A stretch of DNA of 64,000 nucleotides from contig JBNRSN020000014.1 in the NCBI GenBank assembly GCA_051313645.2, positions 151,962,001 through 152,026,000 of the forward strand. The letters are read 5' to 3'. Both the position numbers and the translations under genes were made by a program. The notes under the pieces are model-generated. The model was not told where the DNA came from. It worked only from the letters and a program-made list of their open reading frames with translations, and ran no database searches. The DNA is from Centroscyllium fabricii. Its lineage: Eukaryota. The stretch's first letter is position 1. Each line of letters opens with the position of its first letter. Shown one piece after another: positions 54,362 through 64,000 of the stretch.

Positions 54362-55000
54362 TGTAAGGGATCGGTTTAGGACCCAAATGCAGAAACACCG
54401 GAAGTCCGTAGCAGACACAAATCACCTTTATTCCCAAAACCAAAACCTATCTATATATAACGATATCATAAACCACAGTGCAATAACAATAAATGACAAT
54501 AGTCAATAATCCCGAGTGTCGGTAAAACAGCAGTTCAAAAGTCCAAACCCCTAATTCAGGTGGTTGTAGAAACAAGGCCCAAAGCCTGGTGCAGAGATAC
54601 TCCCAGTAATCCACAGTCCAGGGAAGGTGACTCCTTGTTCCGAGTACTGCAAGTAATCCAACTTGACCGAAAACTGGTAATCCAGAAATGACTCGAATAG
54701 AACCTAAATATGATATACCAAAATACAGGATACAGGATACAGGATACAGGATACACAGAACACTTCTCACTCTCTCAGTACCAGAAACAAACGAACTGGC
54801 AAAGATCAGGTGTAGACTGGAGGCTAATAACCATCTCCAGCTAAATTGTATAATTGGAGCCAGCCAATCCAGTGAAGGACATGATAAATGAAGTCATAAC
54901 TCAATAAACAGAAAGGAAACCCTTAGAAACTAAAAGGAACAGTCCAATAAACAGAAAGAAAAACCTCTATATACTTAAAGGCACAGTCCACCCCATGACA
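54362..55000 (-). repeat. E3 5' LTR (639 bp)
   Basis: Reads TGTCATGGGGTGG...CCCTTACA on the minus strand; direct repeat of 52088-52719. Confidence 0.96.
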
Positions 55001-55102
55001 GAACTGACTGAGAGAGGATTGACTGAGAGAGGTTTGACTGAGAGAGGATTGACTGAGAGAGGATTGACTGAGGGAGGATTGACTGAGAGAGGATTGACTG
55101 AG
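55001..55102 (+). repeat. 15-bp satellite remnant (~7 monomers) between E3 and E4
   Basis: GAACTGACTGAGAGAGGATT...GGATTGACTGAG; it begins with the E3 TSD and ends with the E4 TSD. Confidence 0.97.
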
Positions 55103-56153
55103 TGTCACAGTTTGGCATGCCCCTTTTAGGCATCCATGTTTTATTTGGGCATATCCCTTTAATGTTCCCATTTTGGTTCTAAGTGTTGTTCTATGTGTGG
55201 TTTAAGTGTATCAATTTGGTTGTTCACAACCAGGTGTTTTCTGTTTGTATATGCCTGCACCCTGATTGGTCAACATCAATCATCTGATTAGGCTGGTTTG
55301 GGTTTATAAGCTGATGGTTTGACCAGACAGGTTGCGGGATCATTGCAGAAGTTTCTATGATATCACACTTCACTGGATGGAAAAGAAGCAGAAGGGATTG
55401 CTCTGCTTCTCTGAGTGGACTTAAGAGGGACTATGGGACCGAGCCCACATCACTCCGTCTTGACATAGTACCCTGCTATCTGGGACTCAGACATGGACAC
55501 TCATCTGTTGGGTAAGGGAGTTCCCCTGCCAGTAGACCTGGTGCGCTACTGCCTGATGCCATGGGGTTAAGTCTCCGTGGTGGAGCAGAAGAAGTAGGTC
55601 GGACCCATTTCTACTCCTTGGACATTGGCTTAATTCACCCGAACCGAGGTTTGGACATCTGTTAGGAAGATCAGGAATTATCTTTCCTGCCTGTTACCAT
55701 GGGGTTAAGTCTCTGTGGTGGAACAGAGGAGCGGGACATCATTGCATTCTACCTTCATAATTGGACTGTTCATTATCTGTTGTTATTAGGCCCTGTTGTA
55801 TGTTAGCTACTCTACTACTTGGCTGCGTAGAACTTGTTCCTCTCTGATGGAAGTGGTCATGATAACAGATTCCACTAAGGCTTGTACCTCTCTGGGGTTG
55901 TGGTCGGTTTAAAAAGTTCCACGCCCAGTAGAAGGCCTGTCCGGTTCGGAGGAGGACTTGTTAATATTCTGCCTCTAGGATTTTAATACTAACGTTAAAG
56001 TATGTGCCTGTCTTTAGTCAAAGGCTTGTGTCTAGAATTGTATGTCTTATTCAAACATGTTTTGTTAGATTAAAGGGGTTTTTGTATCAAGACGGTTTCT
56101 CAGTGTTTCTGCATTTGGGCCCCGCTCACCAGATCCATTACCATTCCCTTACA
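55103..56153 (+). repeat. E4 5' LTR (1051 bp)
   Basis: TATAAG at 55305-55310 and ATTAAA at 56069-56074. I counted 8 substitutions against the 3' LTR by eye. Confidence 0.96.
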
Positions 56154-56154
56154 G

Positions 56155-56165
56155 AATGATCCCGC
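56155..56165 (+). promoter_or_regulatory. E4 self-priming primer-binding site (AATGATCCCGC)
   Basis: Exact reverse complement of GCGGGATCATT at 55334-55344, 24 nt after TATAAG. Confidence 0.85.
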
Positions 56166-56305
56166 CAATAGGGGCCCAGCAGGCTCTGAATGCGTCTTGT
56201 ACTGTGATTTTTTTTTCCTGGAGGACGGGTTTTTCCCTTCTCTGCACCCCTCCGCCCACCCTATTCGGGCATTGGGGGTTTCTGGGCCGTCAGGAGCCGT
56301 CCCTT

Positions 56306-56315
56306 GAGCGGGGGG
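56306..56315 (+). promoter_or_regulatory. E4 polypurine tract
   Basis: GAGCGGGGGG-TTC directly before the 3' LTR, in the same context (CCCTTGAG...GTTC) as E2/E3. Confidence 0.82.
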
Positions 56316-56318
56316 TTC

Positions 56319-57369
56319 TGTCACAGTTTGGCATGCCCCTTTTAGGCATCCATGTTTTATTTGGGCATATCCCTTTAATGTTCCCATTTTGGTTCTAAGT
56401 GTTGTTCTATGTGTGGTTTAAGTGTATCAATTTGGTTGCTCACAACCAGGTGTTTTCTGTTTGTATATGCCTGCACCCTGATTGGTCAACATCAATCATC
56501 TGATTAGGCTGGTTTGGGTTTATAAGCTGATGGTTTGACCAGACAGGTTGCGGGATCATTGCAGAAGTTTCTATGATATCACACTTCACTGGATGGAAAA
56601 GAAGCAGAAGGGATTGCTCTGCTTCTCTGAGTGGACTTAAGAGGGACTATGGGACCGAGCCCACATCACTCCGTCTTGACATAGTACCCTGCTATCTGGG
56701 ACTCAGACATGGACACTCATCTGTTGGGTAAGGGAGTTCCCCTGCCAGTAGACCTGGTGCGCTACTGCCTGATGCCATGGGGTTAAGTCTCCGTGGTGGA
56801 GCAGAAGAAGTAGGTCGGACCCATTTCTACTCCTTGGACATTGGCTTAATTCACCCGAACCGAGGTTTGGACATCTGTTAGGAAGATCAGGAATTATCTT
56901 TCCTGCCTGTTACCATGGGGTTAAGTCTCTGTGGTGGAACAGAGGAGCGGGACATCATTGCATTCTACCTTCATAATTGGACTGTTCATTATCTGTTGTT
57001 ATTAGGCCCTGTTGTATGTTAGCTACTCTACTACTTGGCTGCATAGAACTTGTTCCTCTCTGATGGAAGTGGTCATGATAACAGGTTCCACTAAGGCTTG
57101 TACCTCTCTGGGGTTGTGGTCGGTTTAAAAAGTTCCACGCCCAGTAGAAAGCCTGCCCGGTTCGGAGGAGGACTTGTTAATATTCTGCCTCTAGGGTTTT
57201 AATAATAACGTTAAAGTATGTGCCTGTCTTTAGTCAAAGACTTGTGTCTAGAATTGTATGTCTTATTCAAACATGTTTTGTTAGATTAAAGGGGTTTTTG
57301 TATCAAGACGGTTTCTCAGTGTTTCTGCATTTGGGCCCCGCTCACCAGATCCATTACCATTCCCTTACA
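56319..57369 (+). repeat. E4 3' LTR (1051 bp)
   Basis: Direct repeat of 55103-56153, with ATTAAA at 57285-57290. Confidence 0.96.
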
Positions 57370-60300
57370 CTGAGGGAGGATTGAATGAGAGAGGACTGAC
57401 TGAGGGAGGATTGACTGAGAGAGAACTGACTCAGAGAGAATTGACTGAGGGAGGATTGACAGAGAGAGGATTGATTGAGAGAGAACTGACTGAGAGAGGA
57501 TTGACTGAGAGAGGATTGACTGAGAGAGAACTGACTGAGAGAGGATTGACTGAGAGAGGTTTGACTGAGAGAGGATTGACTGAGGGAGGATTGATTGAGA
57601 GAGAACTGACTGTGAGAGGATTGACTGAGAGAGGATTGACTGAGAGAGGACTGACTGAGAGAGGACTGACTGAGAGAGGATTGACTGAGGGAGGATTGAC
57701 TGAGAGAGGATTGACTGAGGGAGAACTGACTGAGAGAGGATTGACTGAGGGACAATTGACTGAGAGAGAACAGACTGAGAGAGAACTGACTGAGAGAGGA
57801 TTGACTGAGAGAGAACTGACTGAGAGAGGATTGACTGAGGGAGGATTGACTGAGAGAGGATTGACTGAGGGAGGATTGACTGAAGGAGAACTGACTGAGA
57901 GATGATTGACTGAGAGAGGACTGACTGAGAGAGGACTGACTGAGAGATGATTGACTGAGGGAGGATTGACTGAGAGAATATTGACTGAGAGAGGATTTAC
58001 TAGGAGAGAACTGACTGAGAGAGGACTGACTGAGAGAGGTTTGACTGAGAGAGAACTGACTGAGGGAGGACTGACTGAGAGAGGATTGACTGAGAGAGAA
58101 CTGACTGAGAGGAGATTGACTGAAGCAGGACTGACTGAGAAGAACTGACTGAGAGAGGACTGACTGAGAGAGGATTGTCTGAGGGAGGATTGACTGAGAG
58201 AGGATTGACTGAGAGAGAACTGACTGAGAGAGGATTGACTGAGGGAGGATTGATTGAGAGAGGATTGACTGAGGGAGGATTGACTGAGGGAGGATTGAAT
58301 GAGAGAGGATTGACTGAGGGAGGATTGACTGAGAGAAGATTGATTGAGAGAGGATTGACTGAGGGAGGATTGAATGAGAGAGGATTGACTGAGGGAGGAT
58401 TGACTGAGAGAAGATTGACTGAGAGAGGATTGACTGAGGGAGGATTGAATGAGAGAGGATTGACTGAGGGAGGATTGACTGAGAGAAGATTGACTGACAG
58501 AGGATTGACTGAGGGAGGATTGAATGAGAGAGAATTGACTGAGGGAGGATTGACTGAGGGAGAACTGACTGAGGGAGAACTGACTGAGAGAGGATTGACT
58601 GAGAGAGGACTGACTGAGAGAGGACTGACTGAGAGAGGATTTACTGAGGGAGGATTGACGGGGAGAGGATTGACTGAGAGAGGATTGACTGAGAGAGAAC
58701 TGACTGAGAGAGGATTGACTGAGGGAGGACTGACTGAGAGAGAACTGACTGAGAGAATACTGACTGAGAGATGATTGACTGAGGGAGGATTCACTGAGAG
58801 AGGATTCACTGAGAGAGAACTGACTGAGAGAGGCTTGACTGAGGGAGGATTGACTGAGAGAGAACTGACTGAGAGAGGATTGATTGAGGGAGGATTGACT
58901 GAGAGACAATTGACTGAGGGAGGATTGACTGAGAGAGGATTGACTGAGAGAGAACTGACTGAGAGAGGATTGACTGAGGGAGGATTGACTGAGAGAGGAT
59001 TGACTGAGAGAGAACTGACTGAGAGAGGATTGACTGAGGGAGGATTGACTGAGAGAGGATTGACTGAGTGAGGACTGACTGAGGGAGGATTGACTGAGAG
59101 AGAACTGACTGAGAGAGGATTGACTGAGAGAGGATTGACTGATAGAGGACTGACTGAGAGAGGATTGACTGAGAGAGAACTGACTGAGAGAGGATTGACT
59201 GAGAGAGGATTGACTGAGGGAGGAATGACTGAGAGAGGATTGACTGAGAGAGAACTGACTGAGAGAGGATTGACTGAGAGAGGATTGACTGAGAGAGGAT
59301 TGACTGAGGGAGGATTGACTGAGAGAACTGACTGACAGAGTATTTACTGAGGGAGGATTGACTGAGAGAGGATTGACTGAGGGAGGATTGACTGAGAGAG
59401 GATTGACTGAGAGAGAACTGACTGAGAGAGGATTGACTGAGGGAGAACTGACTGAGAGAGAACTCACTGAGAGAGGATTGACTGAGAGGAGATTGACTGA
59501 GGGATGATTGAATGAGGGAGGATTGACTGAGGGAGGATTGACTGAGAGAGAACAGACTGAGAGATGATTGACTGAGGGAGGTTTGACTGAGAGAGAACTG
59601 ACTGAGAGAGGATTGACTGAGGGAGGATTGACTGAGAGAAGATTGACTCAGAGAGGATTGACTGAGGGAGGATTGAATGAGAGAGGATTGACTGAGGGAG
59701 GATTGACTGAGGGAGAACTGACTGAGGGAGAACTGACTGAGAGAGGATTGACTGAGAGAGGACTGACTGAGAGAGGACTGACTGAGAGAGGATTGACTGA
59801 GGGAGGATTGACTGAGGGAGGATTGACTGAGAGCAGATTGACTGAGAGAGAACGGACTGTGAGATAATTGACTGAGAGAGGATTGACTGAGAGAGGATTG
59901 ACTGAGGGAGGATTGAATGAGAGAGAACTGACTGAAAGAGGATTGACTGAGGGAGGATGACTGAGAGAGGATTGACTGAGGGAGGATTGACTGAGACAGG
60001 ATTGACTGAGAGAGAACTGACTGAGAGAGGATTGACTGAGGGAGGATTGACTGAGAGAGGATTGACTGAGAGAGGACTGACTGAGAGAGGATTGACTAAG
60101 AGAGAACTGACTGAGAGAGGATTGACTGAGAGAGGATTGACTGATAGAGGACTGACTGAGGGAGGACTGACTGAGGGAGGACTGACTGAGAGAGGATTGA
60201 CTGAGAAATAATTGACTGAGAGAGGATTGAATGAGGGAGAACTGACTGAGAGAGGATTGACTGAGGGAGAACTGACTGAGAGAGAACTGACTGAGAGAGA

Positions 60301-63300
60301 ACTGACAGAGAGGATTGACTGAGAGAAGATTGACTGAGAGAGGATTGACTGCGAGAGGACTGACTGAGAGAGGACTGACTGAGAGAGAACTGACTGAGGG
60401 AGGATTGACTGAGGGAGGATTGACTGAGGGAGGATTGATTGAGAGAGGATTGACTGAGAGAGGACTGACTGAGAGAGGACAGACTGAGAGAGGATTGACT
60501 GAGAGAGGATTGACTGAGAGATGATTGACTGAGGGAGGCTTGACTGAGAGAGGATTGACTCAGGGAGGATTGAATGAGAGAGGATTGACTGAGGGAGGAT
60601 TGACTGAGAGAGAACAGACTCAGAGAGGATTGACTGAGAGAAGATTGACTGAGGGAGGATTGACTGAGAGAGGATTGACTGAGGGAGGACTGACTGAGAG
60701 AGGACAGACTGAGAGAGGATTGACTGAGGGAGGATTGACTGAGAGAGAACTGACTGAGAGTGACTTGACTGAGGGTGGATTGATTGAGAGAGGATTGACT
60801 GAGAGAGGACTGACTGAGAGAGGATTGACTGAGGGAGAACTGACTGAGAGAGGATTGACTGAGAGAGGATTGACTGATAGAGGACTGACTAAGGGAGGAC
60901 TGACTGAGAGAGGATTGACTGAGAAATAACTGACTGAGAGGATTGACTGAGGGAGAACTGACTGAGGGAGAACTGACTGAGAGAGGATTGACTGAGGGAG
61001 AAATCACTGAGAGAGAACAGACTGAGAGAGAACTGACTGAGAGAGGATTGACTGAGAGGATTGACTGCGAGAGGAGTGACTGATAGAGAACTGACTGAGG
61101 GAGGATTGACTGAGGGAGGATTGACTGAGGGAGGATTGACTGAGAGAGGATTGACTGAGAGAGGACTGACTGAGGGAGGACTGACTGATAGAGGATTGAC
61201 TGAGAGAGGATTGACTGAGAGAGGATTGACTGAGGGAGGATTGAATGAGAGAGGATTGACTGAGGGAGGATTGACTGAGAGATAACTGACTCAGAGAGAA
61301 TTGACTGAGGGAGGATTGACTGAGACAGGATTGACTGAGAGAGAACTGACTGAGATAGGATTGACTGAGGGAGGATTGACTGAGATAGGATTGACTGAGA
61401 GAGGACTGACTGAGAGAGGATTGACTGAGGGAGGAATGACTGAGAGAGGATTGACTGAGAGAGAACTGATTGAGAGAGGATTTACTGAGGGAGGATTGAC
61501 TGAGAGAGGATTGACTGAGGGAGGATTGACTGGGAGAGGATTGACTGAGAGAGGATTGACTGAGGGAGGACTGACTGAGAGAGGACTGACTGAGAGAGGA
61601 TTGACTGAGGGAGGATTGACTGAGAGAGAACTGACTGAGAGAGGATTGACTGAGGGAGGATTGACTGAGGGAGGATTGACTGAGAGACGACTGACTGAGA
61701 GAGGATTGACTGAGAGAGAACTGACTGAGAGAGGATTGACTGAGAGAGGATTGACTGAGAGAGGATTGACTGAGAGAGGATTGACTGAGAGAGGATTGAC
61801 TGAGAGAGGATTGACTGAGGGAGGATTGACTGAGAGAGAACTGACTGAGAGAGGATTGATTGAGGGAGGATTGACTGAGAGACGATTGACTGAGGGAGGA
61901 TTGACTGAGAGAGGATTGACTGAGAGAGAACTGACTGAGAGAGGATTGACTGAGGGAGGATTGACTGAGAGAGGATTGACTGAGAGACAACTGACTGAGA
62001 GAGGATTGACTGAGGGAGGATTGACTGAGAGTGGATTGACTGAGAGAGGACTGACTGTGAGAGGACTGACTGAGAGAGGATTGACTGAGAGAGAACTGAC
62101 TGAGAGAGGATTGACTGAGAGAGGATTGACTGATAGAGGACTGACTGAGAGAGGATTGACTGAGAGAGAACTGACTGAGAGAGGATTGACTGAGAGAGGA
62201 TTGACTGAGGGAGGAATGACTGAGAGAGGATTGACTGAGAGAGAACTGACTGAGAGAGGATTGACTGAGAGAGGATTGACTGAGAGAGGATTGAGTGTGG
62301 GAGGATTGACTGAGAGAACTGACTGACAGAGTATTTACTGAGAGAGGATTGACTGAGAGAGGATTGACTGAGGGAGGATTGACTGAGAGAGGATTGACTG
62401 AGAGAGAACTGACTGAGAGAGGATTGACTGAGGGAGAACTGACTGAGAGAGAACTCACTGAGAGAGGATTGACTGAGAGAGGATTGACTGAGGGATGATT
62501 GAATGAGGGAGGATTGACTGAGGGCGGATTGACTGAGAGAGAACTGACTGAGAGATGATTGACTGAGGGAGAACTGACTGTGAGATGATTGACTGAGGGA
62601 GGATTGACTGAGAGAGGACTGACTGAGAGAGGACTGACTGAGAGAGGATTGACTGAGGGAGGATTGACTGAGAGAGGATTGACTGAGAGAGGATTGACTG
62701 AGAGAGAACTGACTGTGAGATGATTGACTGAGGGAGGTTTGACTGAGAGAGGATTGACTGAGGGAGGATTGACTGAGAGAGAACTGACTGAGAGAGGATT
62801 GACTGAGAGAGGATTGACTGAGGGAGGATTGAATGAGAGAGAACTGAGAGAGGATTGACTGAGGGAGGATTGACTGAGAGAGGATTGACTGAGAGAGAAC
62901 AGACTGAGAGAGGATTGACTGAGAGAGGATTGACTGAGAGAGGATTGACTGAGGGAGGATTGTCTGAGAGAGAACTGACTGAAAGAGGATTGACTGAGGG
63001 AGGATTGACTGAGAGAGGATTGACTGAGGGAGAATTGACTGAGAGAGAACTGACTGAGGAACGATTGACTGAGGGAGGATTGACAGACAGAGAGGATTGA
63101 CTGAGAGAGAACTGTCTGAGAGAGGATTGACTGAGGGAGGATTGACTGAGAGAGGATTGACTGAGAGAGGACTGACTGAGAGAGGATTGACTAAGAGAGA
63201 ACTGACTGAGAGAGGATTGACTGAGAGAGGATTGACTGATAGAGGACTGACTGAGGGAGGACTGACTGAGAGAGGATTGACTGAGAAATAATTGACTGAG

Positions 63301-64000
63301 AGAGGATTGAATGAGGGAGAACTGACTGAGGGAGAACTGACTGAGAGAGGATTGACTGAGGGAGAACTGACTGAGAGAGAACTGACTGAGAGAGAACTGA
63401 CTGAGCGAGGATTGACTGAGAGAGGATTGACTGAGAGAGGATTGACTGCGAGAGGACTGACTGAGAGAGAACTGACTGAGGGAGGATTGACTGAGGGAGG
63501 ATTGACTGAGGGAGGATTGATTGAGAGAGGATTGACTGAGAGAGGACTGACTGAGAGAGGACTGACTGAGAGAGTACAGACTGAGAGAGGATTGACTGAG
63601 AGAGGATTGACTGAGAGAGGATTGACTGAGGGAGGCTTGACTGAGAGAGGATTGACTCAGGGAGGATTGACTGAGAGAGGATTGACTGAGAGAGAACTGA
63701 CGGAGAGAGGATTGACTGAGAGAGGATTGACTGAGAGAGGATTGACTGAGGGAGGATTGACTGAGAGAGAACTGACTGAGAGATTATTTACTGAGGGAGG
63801 ATTGACTGAGAGAGGATTGACTGAGGGAGGATTGACTGAGAGAGGATTGACTGAGGGAGAACTGACTGAGAGAGGATTGACTGAGGGAGAACTCACTGAG
63901 AGAGAACAGACAGAGAGAGAACTGACTGAGAGAGGATTGACTGAGAGAGGATTGACTGCGAGAGGACTGACTGAGAGAGAACTGACTGGGGGAAGATTGA
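57370..64000 (+). repeat. 15-bp satellite array, block 4 (runs off the window end)
   Basis: Same monomers and orientation. Internal duplication at offset ~2991 (59335/62326, 59467/62458). Confidence 0.98.

Larger units (their letters stand above)
52088..55000 (-). mobile_element. E3: complete non-autonomous Ty3/Gypsy (sushi-like) LTR element, Gag-protease only, 2913 bp
   Basis: LTRs at 52088-52719 and 54362-55000, 5-bp TSD GAACT (52083-52087 and 55001-55005), PBS, a single ORF and a PPT. Confidence 0.97.
55103..57369 (+). mobile_element. E4: non-coding non-autonomous LTR element (two 1051-bp LTRs, 165-bp internal region), 2267 bp
   Basis: LTRs TGTCACAG...CCCTTACA at 55103-56153 and 56319-57369, 5-bp TSD CTGAG (55098-55102 and 57370-57374), PBS and PPT. 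The internal 3' part resembles the E2/E3 pre-PPT sequence. Confidence 0.95.

Noticed and set aside
54345-54443. N-terminal extension of the E3 ORF (track start 54443, 570 aa)
   Set aside because: The extension lies in the LTR/PBS and starts at a non-ATG codon. Homology with E1 and E2 places the start at the ATG at 54344.
55103-57369. E4 as a retrozyme (LTRs carrying a hammerhead ribozyme)
   Set aside because: The layout is suggestive, but I found no CTGANGA hammerhead core on either strand of the LTR by eye. An Rfam scan would be needed to exclude other ribozymes.
1078-63896. The many long ORFs encoding (LTERG)n, (SQSSL)n, (SVNPL)n or (QSILS)n, up to 868 aa, as a repetitive structural protein
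   Set aside because: A 15-bp monomer is five codons, and it is stop-free in one plus frame and all three minus frames. Most starts are non-ATG codons such as TTG, frames are broken by shortened units and stops, there are no unique domains, and retroelements interrupt the array.

Overview
This is eukaryotic, probably vertebrate/teleost DNA (an inference from the retroelement type), and I recognise no host gene. About 85% of the window (~54.5 kb, ~3,600 monomers) is a strand-asymmetric, nearly CpG-free 15-bp satellite (consensus TTGACTGAGAGAGGA). It is built from a few variant monomers arranged in nested kb-scale duplications. Nearly all long ORFs in the track (LTERG/SQSSL/VNPLS repeats) are artefacts of this satellite. 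Four distinct but related Ty3/Gypsy (Tf1/sushi-like) LTR elements sit in or next to the array. E1 (<1-1067, minus) is partial. E2 (43749-47046, plus) and E3 (52088-55000, minus) each encode one Gag-protease-acidic-tail ORF with no zinc knuckle, RT, RNase H or integrase. E4 (55103-57369, plus) has two 1051-bp LTRs around only 165 bp. The three complete elements have 5-bp target-site duplications and near-identical LTRs. None has a tRNA primer site. Each instead has an 11-nt PBS complementary to its own LTR about 24 nt downstream of a TATA-like box (self-priming), plus a U5-leader stem, and both pairings co-vary between elements. The candidate system is a recently active, self-priming, non-autonomous Gag-protease retroelement guild colonising a short-monomer satellite.
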